This document shows, one piece after another, positions 26,605 through 34,468 of a DNA stretch of 64,000 bases. The translations under genes were made by a program, and so were the position numbers. Each line of letters starts with the position of its first letter. The first letter of the stretch is position 1. The notes beneath the pieces were generated by a model. That model searched no databases and was not told the origin of the DNA. It saw only the letters and a program-made list of their open reading frames with translations. The stretch is from Dehalococcoidia bacterium (lineage in GTDB: Bacteria > Chloroflexota > Dehalococcoidia > Lucifugimonadales > CATOSD01), in assembly GCA_965204815.1 (NCBI GenBank), contig OZ242014.1:1512532-1576531 (forward strand), read 5' to 3'.

Positions 26605-27492
26605 ATGCAGTTCTCAGAATTGAATGCGGAAGTCGAAAACCTACGCCGGTCACTTAGGAGCTTTGTGGGCGAGAACGCTCTTGAGGAAATCAACGTTCAA
26701 GCTCCGGCACGTTATGACGAGGCCTCGTTTCTTCGCTTAGGTGCGTGGAGCTATGTTCTCATCTTTGAGGCTGGCAGAGTGACGATTCCATTCCTACTTA
26801 AGCTTCCTTCCGGCCTGGGTACGCCGCAGTCCAAAATGAAGGAAACACTCGATCTGGTGCACGATCTCCGTACTTGGAGCTTCCATAACCTGAGTTTTGC
26901 TAGTGAGCGCGAGCTTGAAATGTCGAGGAGGACTACGCTGTGGTTTATAAGAAACTCCGGCTCCAGTCCCCCTAAGGATATCGCAGGATGGAGCCGCAGC
27001 TTTGAGTCCCTTTGTATCGACGTACATGCTATTGTCGCCCACTGTAAAGCTGCGTTCGAATGTGCTTTGTCCTCACCTGAAGACGAGCCGACGATAGTTG
27101 ACGACTTAAATCGCCGAGTGGATCGTAGTTGGCCTGCGTACAGATTCGACGAACTCGTTAGCGACGCCGTTATGCGTATTGGACAGAAGCTCGACGTCCC
27201 TACATTCCGTCAAAGCAGGCTCTCGAAGTGGCGAAACTATCTGCAGACGATTGCGGAGGGCGATGAACCGGAGACACAAATCGTACGCTTCATTGAGCGC
27301 GACGTTCTTGACTATTTTGAATCCGTACTCCCCATTGACGGCAAAGACGTCATGGCAGAGCTAGGTCTGAGCCCCGGACCGGCAGTAGGTAGAGCCTTAA
27401 GCAATGCTCGTCGCCTTTACGGGGCAGGAGTGACTGATCGGAACAAGCTACTAGCCTGTCTTCAAAGGGACGCCGGAAGGTTTACAACTTAA
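26605..27492 (+). CDS. Island-2 protein C: unknown function; possible HEPN-like Rx4H motif and a C-terminal motif resembling the CCA-adding enzyme/poly(A) polymerase C-terminal region
   Basis: ATG at 26605, 1 nt after the protein B stop (TAGAATG). DLRTWSFHN gives R-x4-H. C-terminal DGKDVMAELGLSPGPAVGRALSNARRLY matches the G(K/H)DL..LG..PGP..G pattern. Confidence 0.5.
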   Translation: MQFSELNAEVENLRRSLRSFVGENALEEINVQAPARYDEASFLRLGAWSYVLIFEAGRVTIPFLLKLPSGLGTPQSKMKETLDLVHDLRTWSFHNLSFASERELEMSRRTTLWFIRNSGSSPPKDIAGWSRSFESLCIDVHAIVAHCKAAFECALSSPEDEPTIVDDLNRRVDRSWPAYRFDELVSDAVMRIGQKLDVPTFRQSRLSKWRNYLQTIAEGDEPETQIVRFIERDVLDYFESVLPIDGKDVMAELGLSPGPAVGRALSNARRLYGAGVTDRNKLLACLQRDAGRFTT

Positions 27493-27628
27493 CCATCGAT
27501 ATTGTTGGTTGCGAAAAAGAACAAATCGGGGTGCAGAGCAAATGCTCCGCTCGATCATGCCCACCGTCCGAATTATAGACTTCACCAGCCCAACCGGAAC
27601 CCCTGCGGGGTAAATTGCGGAGAATTGC

Positions 27629-27672
27629 AGTATTCAAGTGGATCGATCACGTGGTAATCGCCTTCACCCGAC
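27629..27672 (+). pseudogene. Orphan 5' fragment homologous to the start of the VOC/epimerase gene at 29366-29752
   Basis: AGTATTCAAGTGGATCGATCACGTGGTAATCGCCTTCACCCGAC matches the reverse complement of 29710-29752 (AGTGTTCAAGTGGGTAGATCACGTCGTAATCGCCGTCAACGACC). GTA replaces the GTG start codon. Confidence 0.55.
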
Positions 27673-27674
27673 AG

Positions 27675-28073
27675 GCTGGCGCAAGTGGAGGAGTCGGCGT
27701 TGCGCAAACTCGGGCTGGGCTTCAGGGCCAAGTACGTCGCGGGTGAGGCCCGCATTGTGGCCGCGGGCGACCTGGACCTGTTCGCGCTCCGCGAGGCGGA
27801 CTACGACGAAGCCCTCGCCGCACTGCTCGAGCTGCCGGGCGTGGGCGACAAGGTAGGCAACTGCATTCTGCTCATGTCGCTGGATAAACGGGAGGCGTCC
27901 CCGGTTGACTTGTGGATAGACCGCGCGCTGCGGGAATGGTACCCGGAGCACGTCATTCGCGCCGACGGCAAGCCGCTGACCCGCGCCGCCATGTGGCCCT
28001 GGGCGCAGTCCTACTTCGGCGAGTACGCTGGCTACGCAATCCAGTACCTGTTTCAGGGCCGCCGCCTGCTGAA
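27675..28073 (+). pseudogene. Orphan 3' fragment of an ogg homolog (direct repeat of 22581-22979)
   Basis: 399-nt gap-free alignment with 22581-22979, with about 51 mismatches by hand count. Encodes LGLGFRAKYVAGEARIVAAGDLDLF...LPGVGDKVGNCILLMSLDKREASPVDLWIDRALREWYPEHV. It has no 5' half and no equivalent stop. Confidence 0.8.
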
Positions 28074-28139
28074 GAAGGGTGGCGGAAAGAAGTGTGTGGG
28101 ACGGAGGGCGCGGACCCAGGGTCCTTTCATTATCCGTCG

Positions 28140-28555
28140 CGGCAACCTGCCGACGGGTGAGGGCAACGGCGTCCCTTCCGCTTATCACCTCTCCCCCAAC
28201 TCCAACCCATTCGCGCCCGCGTACCCCGAAAAAAGCGTCACTTTCCCGCGCCACCCGTTCCCTTCCGTGCGCCATCCATTCTCATCCGCGCCCCACCAGT
28301 CCTCATTCCTGCGCCATTTCTCACCACTAATCCGCCCCTATCCCGCATCTTCGCCAACCCTCTTGATTCTATAGCACGACCGTGCTATTTTCTACAGCAT
28401 AGGCGCTGCGGCCGCCGATTGCGGATCGCCTGGTAGGGGCGGGTTTCAAACCCGCCCGCCGCCGGCCCAGGACCACCATCGCGTACCTGCCACATTCCGC
28501 GCAATGCACGTGACGAACCTTAACAACTTGGCTCACAGAAAGTGACACAAACATC
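28140..28555 (-). repeat. Dispersed non-coding repeat, copy B (inverted relative to copy A at 8385-8900)
   Basis: The reverse complement aligns block by block with copy A, including the GGGCGGGTTTGAAACCCGCCC hairpin (28438-28458) and three 21-bp phased units (28243-28305). Confidence 0.7.
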
Positions 28556-28660
28556 GGGCCGCCCAGCTACGGAATAGGCGGAATGTAGCAGAACTGAGCA
28601 GATTTTTCGGAAGGCACCGCACAAAGTCCCTGACCCTCTCTCCGAGCCGGAGAGGGGAGA

Positions 28661-29299
28661 ATGAAAAGACCCTGCGCACGGAACGAGAAATCGCGCCGCA
28701 GATTCGCTCCTTGTGCTATGCTATATCTGATGACCGCCACCCGACTCACCCTGTTCGCCGCGACTCTGATCTGGGTTGCCCTCGCCTGTTCGTCTCCCGA
28801 GCCGACGCCGACGCCTGAGCCGACTTCCACGCCGGCTCCCACGGCCATCCCCGTACCGACGGCGCCCCCTGAGCCAACGCCCGAACCCACTCCCACGCCG
28901 TCCGGCCAGCCCACGCGCGGGCTGTTCGAGTACATCCGCGCGGTCTCGTACCTCGAGGCGAACCTGTGGGAGGAGGCCATCCCCGCTTACGGGCTGGTGA
29001 TTCGCATCCTTCCGGACATGGCCGTTGCGTACCACGGGCGGGGATACGCCTACTACAACGAGGCCATCGAGGAGGAGAACGACAACCTGTTCAGGCCCGC
29101 GATGGAGGACTACGACAAGGCTATCGAGCTAAAGCCCGAATTCGCGCAGGCGTACAAGGACCGGGCGATCCTGCACCACCACTTGGGCGACACGGAGGCC
29201 GCAATCGCCGACATCGAGCGCGCGGTGCGTCACTACGACCCGCGTCGGCAGCCCGTCGGCCTGAACGAGGCCAGAGAGCTTCTGAACCAGTGGCGCTAG
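28661..29299 (+). CDS. TPR-repeat lipoprotein with Pro/Thr-rich linker
   Basis: Signal/lipobox-like LIWVALACSS, PEPTPTPEPTSTPAPT linker, and TPR-like AYHGRGYAYYN and AQAYKDRAILHHHLGD. The true start may be the internal Met at 28718. Confidence 0.7.
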   Translation: MKRPCARNEKSRRRFAPCAMLYLMTATRLTLFAATLIWVALACSSPEPTPTPEPTSTPAPTAIPVPTAPPEPTPEPTPTPSGQPTRGLFEYIRAVSYLEANLWEEAIPAYGLVIRILPDMAVAYHGRGYAYYNEAIEEENDNLFRPAMEDYDKAIELKPEFAQAYKDRAILHHHLGDTEAAIADIERAVRHYDPRRQPVGLNEARELLNQWR

Positions 29300-29302
29300 G
29301 TC

Positions 29303-29340
29303 CCTTCCCCCTCGCAGGGGGAAGGTTAGGATGGGGGTGA
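29303..29340 (+). repeat. Hairpin + GTTAGGATGGGGGTGA intergenic repeat (likely terminator of the upstream gene)
   Basis: CCTTCCCCC (29303-29311) / GGGGGAAGG (29317-29325) form a 9-bp stem, followed by TTAGGATGGGGGTGA. Related copies are at 57416-57453, 63201-63237 and 8532-8599. Confidence 0.6.
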
Positions 29341-29365
29341 TGAGGGAGTGGCGGCGCTAGGCTGC

Positions 29366-29752
29366 CTAGTCCCGCTCCACGAGCTGGATTAGCACGCCGT
29401 GCGAGTCCGCCGGGTGGATGTACGGACCGCCGGGACCTTCGATGATCCTCGCGCCGTTCGCCTTCAGCTCCTCGCCGGCCTTCTCCCGGTCGTCCACCGC
29501 GATAGCGATGAGGTGAATGCCCTCGCCCCTACGGGCGATGCTGCGGCCCACCGGCGTCTCGGGGCCGAGCGCCTCAACCAACTCGATGAACCGGCCGCTC
29601 TCTCCGAGCGGAAGGATGGCCTGGCGCAATCCGAGGTGCGGCTGCTCCCTGTCTTTGACCTCGGCCTTTAGTCCCAGCTTGGTCTCATAGTCCTCGACCG
29701 CTCCCGCCAGGTCGTTGACGGCGATTACGACGTGATCTACCCACTTGAACAC
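29366..29752 (-). CDS. VOC-family protein, methylmalonyl-CoA epimerase/glyoxalase-like
   Basis: 128 aa. MFKWVDHVVIAVNDLAGAVEDYETKLGL and GEGIHLIAIAVDD follow the VOC pattern. GTG start. Confidence 0.75.
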   Translation of the reverse strand: MFKWVDHVVIAVNDLAGAVEDYETKLGLKAEVKDREQPHLGLRQAILPLGESGRFIELVEALGPETPVGRSIARRGEGIHLIAIAVDDREKAGEELKANGARIIEGPGGPYIHPADSHGVLIQLVERD

Positions 29753-29935
29753 TATACTTCTCCAGATTCTGCGCTGTTGGGTTGATGTCTAGATGGGCAG
29801 AAGTCTAGGTGCGGTCCAGAGCGGGTGTCAAGCGCAGGCCACTTGCGATAACGCGGCAACGTACTACACAATTGAGCCAGGGAGCGCGTGGCGGGGAGGG
29901 AACTACAGGAAGCACTGTCTGACGAAGGAGTACCA

Positions 29936-30451
29936 ATGATTCGCAGCCTCGACGGCAAAAGCCCCAAGATTCACCCCACGGCGTTCGTGAGCGAGTTCGC
30001 CTACGTTGTGGGAGATGTGGAGATTGGCGAGGGCTCAAGCGTGTGGCCCGGCACCGTGATACGGGCGGACGCCGGGAAGATAGCCATAGGAAAGAACACC
30101 TGCATCCAGGACAACTCCGTGGTTCACGGCGATGATGACGTGTCCATCGGCGATAACGTGGTCATCGGCCACAGGGTGATGTGCCACGCCAAGACCGTCG
30201 GCAACAGCGTGCTCATCGGCAACGGCGCCGTAGTCAACGACGGGGTAGAGATTGGCGAGTACAGCCTGCTGGCGTCCGGCTGCATGGTGGTGGACAACAT
30301 GCAGATAGGGGCGCGCTCGCTAGTGATGGGCGTGCCGGGGCGCGTGCGGGGCGAGGTAAAGGAGCGGCACGCCGAGTTGATAGACCGCACGGGCGGGCAC
30401 TACGTCGAGCGCGCCCAGCGCTACAAGAGCCAGGGCAACCTGGAGGCGTAG
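29936..30451 (+). CDS. Gamma-class carbonic anhydrase-like / hexapeptide-repeat (LbH) protein
   Basis: ATG preceded by [41 protein letters not shown] and repeated hexapeptide pattern. Confidence 0.8.
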   Translation: MIRSLDGKSPKIHPTAFVSEFAYVVGDVEIGEGSSVWPGTVIRADAGKIAIGKNTCIQDNSVVHGDDDVSIGDNVVIGHRVMCHAKTVGNSVLIGNGAVVNDGVEIGEYSLLASGCMVVDNMQIGARSLVMGVPGRVRGEVKERHAELIDRTGGHYVERAQRYKSQGNLEA

Positions 30452-30458
30452 TCCCGCC

Positions 30459-32147
30459 TCACATCTGCTGCGGCGCCTCCACGTCCATCAGGCTCAGGCA
30501 GCGGGCCAGGGCCACCCTTGCCGCGTCGACCAGCTTCAGCCGCGCCTTAGTGATGGCCTCCTCACCCTCTACGCCGGACAGCACACGGCACTTCTGGTAG
30601 AACAAGTGGAAGGCGGTGGCCAGTTCGCCCGCGTAGTGCGGCAGGTGGTGCGGCTCCAGCGAAAGGGCCATCATCTCCACCACCTCCGGTAGCTGCAACG
30701 CCTTGCGCACGAGCGCCAGTTCCGCCTCGTGGGTGAGCAGCGATACGTCGCCGTCCGAGTAGTCGATTCCCCGCTCGCCGGCAATCTTCAGTATGCTCGC
30801 GATCCTGGCGTGAGCGTACTGGACGTAGTAGACGGGGTTCTCGTTGGACTGCTGCTTCGCCAGCTCCAGGTCGAACTCCATCTGGCTATCTGCTGAGCGC
30901 GACAGGAAGAAGAACCGGCAGGCGTCCGCGCCAACTTCATCCACCAGCTCGCGCAGAGTCACGATGTCGCCGCTGCGCTTGGACAGCCGCACCAACTCCT
31001 CCCCACGCCGCAGTGTCACCATCTGGTTCAGCAGTAGCGTCAGCCTATCGGAGGATGCGCCCAGCGCCTCGACGACGGCCTTCAACCGCGCCACGTGTCC
31101 CTGGTGGTCCGCGCCCCAGACGTTTATCGCGTGCTCGAAGCCGCGCCCCACCAGCTTGTTGTAGTGGTAGGCGATGTCCGATGCGAAGTACGTGGGCGCG
31201 CCGCTGCTGCGCACCACCACCGCCTGTCTGGGCTCACCCGCCTCTTCCCATTCGAACCAGGTTGCTCCTTCGCGCTCGGCCAGCCTGCCGCGCTCTCGCA
31301 GCAGCGCGATGCATCGGTCGTACTGGCCTTCGTCATAGAGGCTGCGCTCGCTGAACCACACATCGAAGCCGACGCGCAACTCCTCCAGGTCTTCGCGTAT
31401 GGCGTCTAGCATCCTGCCCAGGCCTATCTCGCCCAACTCGGCCACAGCGTCCGCAGGTGGCGCGTCGCCGAAGCGGTCGCCCTCGGCGGCGCGAATCTCG
31501 CTCGCGAGGTCCACCATGTACTCGCCCATATAGCCGTCCTCTGGGAACTCGGCGGACTTGCCGAGCAACTGCTGGTAGCGTGCGAACAGACTCTCGTTGA
31601 ACTTGTCCATCTGGTTGCCGGCGTCGTTGATGTAGTACTCGCGCTCGACGTCGTAGCCCGCGGCGGACAGCACGTTGGCCAGTGCGCTGCCGATGACCGC
31701 CCCCCGCGCGTGCGCCACGTGGAGCGGCCCGGTGGGGTTGACGCTGACGAACTCGACCTGCACGCGCTCGCCCTTGCCGATTCCAACGTTGCCGAACTCC
31801 TCGCCCGCCTCGCGTATGGCCTCCACCTGCCCGGCGAGCCACGATTCCAGAAGCTCAAAGTTGATGAACCCAGGCGGCGCGGCCGACACTTTGCCGAGCG
31901 GTTCCTCCACCGCCATCTTCGCGGTTATCTGCTCGGCGATGGCCATCGGGCTCATTCGCATGGGACGGGCCAGCTTCAGCGGAAGGCTGGACGCGAACTC
32001 CCCGTGCTCCGGGTTGGGCGGGCGCTCTATGGCGGCGTCTTCCACTTCCGCCGCCGGAAGCAGCCCTTCGCTCTGCGCGTCCCTGAGCGCGTCCAGCACC
32101 AGTTGGGCGACTTGTCCTCTTACCGTGTCGTGCGATGTGTCAGTCAT
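30459..32147 (-). CDS. argS: Arginine--tRNA ligase
   Basis: 562 aa. NPTGPLHVAHARGAVIG (HIGH-type motif), DALR-type anticodon-binding C-terminus ending in Met. Confidence 0.9.
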   Translation of the reverse strand: MTDTSHDTVRGQVAQLVLDALRDAQSEGLLPAAEVEDAAIERPPNPEHGEFASSLPLKLARPMRMSPMAIAEQITAKMAVEEPLGKVSAAPPGFINFELLESWLAGQVEAIREAGEEFGNVGIGKGERVQVEFVSVNPTGPLHVAHARGAVIGSALANVLSAAGYDVEREYYINDAGNQMDKFNESLFARYQQLLGKSAEFPEDGYMGEYMVDLASEIRAAEGDRFGDAPPADAVAELGEIGLGRMLDAIREDLEELRVGFDVWFSERSLYDEGQYDRCIALLRERGRLAEREGATWFEWEEAGEPRQAVVVRSSGAPTYFASDIAYHYNKLVGRGFEHAINVWGADHQGHVARLKAVVEALGASSDRLTLLLNQMVTLRRGEELVRLSKRSGDIVTLRELVDEVGADACRFFFLSRSADSQMEFDLELAKQQSNENPVYYVQYAHARIASILKIAGERGIDYSDGDVSLLTHEAELALVRKALQLPEVVEMMALSLEPHHLPHYAGELATAFHLFYQKCRVLSGVEGEEAITKARLKLVDAARVALARCLSLMDVEAPQQM

Positions 32148-32231
32148 GCTTTCTTTCTGCCGTGGGAATGGGCTTCACTGCGTAAAAGATACCAGAACCG
32201 CGCCCTGTCATGCCATTCGCTGGACGAACCG

Positions 32232-33236
32232 CTAGCATCCGGGTGGATAGCTCTTGCTCGACACCAGCGTACCGTCGGTATCGTACAGGCCCGCCTCGTC
32301 CGGGTCGCTGTTGCTCCAGATCGCGCTGCGTGACCCGAAGCTGAATCCTCCCGAATCCGAGTGTACCTGATTGGTATAGACACGGATCGTTTCACCCGGC
32401 GCCAGTGTCCGCGTTGGGAACACGAACTGCGGCTTGCCGTCCGCGATGTCCAGCAGCCGCCATCCCCTCAGCTCTTGGGGGCTTCCGCCTTCGTTCACGA
32501 TTGCCACGTACTCGTCGGATTCCGTCCGCGGCACCTCTCCGTCGAAGAACACGCAGGCGATGCGCACGTCCGGCGTCGCCGATTCAGGCGTGTCAGTGGG
32601 TTCGGGCGTAGGAGTGTCGGTTGGCAGTGGTGTGGGCGTATCGGTCGGCGTGGGGTTAGGCGTGTCAGTTGGCTCTGGCGTCGGAGTGTCGGTCGGCGCT
32701 GGGGTGTCGGCAGGCTGTGGCATGGCCGTGTCGGTCGGTGCTGGCGCTGGCGTATCTGTAGGCGGTGGTATGGGTGTATCGGTCGGACGCGGGGCAGGTG
32801 TGTCCGTCGGGTGCGGGCTGGCAGTGCGGGTCGGCGCGGCCGTTGGCGTGTTGGTCGGCAGCGGCGTTGGAGTCCGCGTCGGCAGGGCAGTCACTGTTGC
32901 GGTAGCCTCAGGCGTGGGCGTCGGAGTTGCCTCAGGCGGTGGCGTGGCCGAGGGCCCAGGAGTAGGCTGCGGCGTCAGCGTAGGCGTGGGCCGTGTAGTG
33001 GCGACAGCCGTTGGTTCGGGCGCAGCCGTAGGCGCGGGCGCCAGCGCCGCGACCAGCACCGGCGTATCTGTGGGCGCTGGCGTAGGTGCTGGCGACGGAG
33101 TGGCTGTGCCCGCGGCGCCTGTCTGCCCGCCACACGCGGACGACAGGGCGAGCAGAGCGAAGGCGGAAACCACGATGACCAGCCGCACGACAACGCGCAA
33201 CTGGCGCGCTGGGCAGTCTGGCTCGTTGTCCTCCAT
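32232..33236 (-). CDS. Secreted/anchored protein with a very long Pro-Thr-Asp repeat region and a C-terminal lamin-tail-like (LTD) domain
   Basis: N-terminal TM/signal segment with ALSSACGG. About 200 aa of PTDTPxPxPTDTP repeats. C-terminal [24 protein letters not shown]...[15 protein letters not shown] follows the LTD pattern. Confidence 0.65.
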   Translation of the reverse strand: MEDNEPDCPARQLRVVVRLVIVVSAFALLALSSACGGQTGAAGTATPSPAPTPAPTDTPVLVAALAPAPTAAPEPTAVATTRPTPTLTPQPTPGPSATPPPEATPTPTPEATATVTALPTRTPTPLPTNTPTAAPTRTASPHPTDTPAPRPTDTPIPPPTDTPAPAPTDTAMPQPADTPAPTDTPTPEPTDTPNPTPTDTPTPLPTDTPTPEPTDTPESATPDVRIACVFFDGEVPRTESDEYVAIVNEGGSPQELRGWRLLDIADGKPQFVFPTRTLAPGETIRVYTNQVHSDSGGFSFGSRSAIWSNSDPDEAGLYDTDGTLVSSKSYPPGC

Positions 33237-33265
33237 CGGCGACAGGCAGCCTTTGGGTCGGCTCG

Positions 33266-34327
33266 CTAGGAGACAGCCTCTATCAGGACGCCGTCCGGGA
33301 GCGTCTCTCTAGTGACCACCTCACCCACCACGGCGCGAGTCTCGACACCTGCATCCTCCAGCGCCGAGAGCAGCCCGTGCAGTCCATCCCTGGCGACGCT
33401 GATGAGCAGGCCGCCGGATGTCTGGGCGTCCACCAGCAGAAGGCGCTGGTTCTCGTTCAGATCGTTCCACTCCACCACGTCGTCGATGGAGGCGAGGTTG
33501 CGGTGAGTGCCGCCAGGCGCTATGCCGGACTCGAGCAGATCCCACGCCCCGTCGATCAACGGCACCGCGCCGAAGTTCACGCGGGCGCCAACGCCGCTTC
33601 CCTGGCAGATGGCCCTGAGGTGGCCCAGCAGCCCGAATCCCGTGACGTCTGCGCAGGCATGGGCGCCCGCGGCGGTCATAGCCTCTGCGGCTGCCCGGTT
33701 GAGCGTTGCCATCTCCTGTACCGCGTTCGCCAGGACGTCGTCGGGCACTCGCTGCTGCTTGCCGGCGGTGGTGATGATGCCGGTGCCTATCGGCTTGGTC
33801 AGCACCAGCACGTCGCCCGGACGTGCGCCCGCGTTGGTGATCTCCGAGCCAGGAGAGACAACGCCAGTGACGGAGAGGCCGTACTTGGGCTCCTGGTCGT
33901 CCACGGTATGGCCGCCCACTATCAGCACGCCCGCCTCCTGGGCCTTGGCGCCGCCGCCCCGCAGGATTTCGCCGAGAATCTCCTTGGGCAGGTCTATCGG
34001 GAACCCCACGATGTTGAGAGCCAGCAGCGGACGCCCGCCCATGGCGTACACGTCGCTAAGGGCGTTGGCCGCGGCAATCTGGCCGTACAGGTAGGGGTCG
34101 TCGACGATGGGCGGGAAGAAGTCGAGCGTCTGGATGATCGCCGTGTCGTCATCGAGTTTGTAAACGGCTGCGTCGTCTCCGGTGGAGATGCCTACCAGCA
34201 GTCTGGGATCGGTTACCGTGGGCAGCTGGCTCAGAACCTGGGCCAGGTCCGAAGGACTGAATTTGGACGCTCAACCGGCGCAGCTTGCGAGCTCGGTCAG
34301 CCTGATTTCGTCACTGAGTAGCGCCAC
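33266..34327 (-). CDS. selD: Selenide, water dikinase (selenophosphate synthetase) with in-frame UGA (selenocysteine) at codon 19
   Basis: GTG at 34327-34325 preceded by GGAGG. N-terminus [32 protein letters not shown] aligns with the E. coli SelD IRLTQYSHGAGCGCKISP motif. The TGA is at 34273-34271. The track ORF (33266-34051) is only the part after an internal Met. Confidence 0.8.
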
Positions 34328-34468
34328 GGTGCACCTCCGCCTTGTGGTGCCGACCTCGCTGGGCGGGTCGGTTGCGCAAGTATAGCACAGCGCGTGACTG
34401 ATACGCCCGTTTGCGGTTATGAGACGTGTAGGGGTAGAATGTGGCCAAAAGGCGCAGGAGGTAACCCC

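Noticed and set aside
27685-28374. 229-aa ORF that could be read as a second, shorter ogg gene
   Set aside because: It lacks the entire N-terminal OGG_N half and the normal stop, begins inside a chimeric junction, and runs on into the dispersed repeat. It is treated as an orphan 3' fragment (pseudogene).
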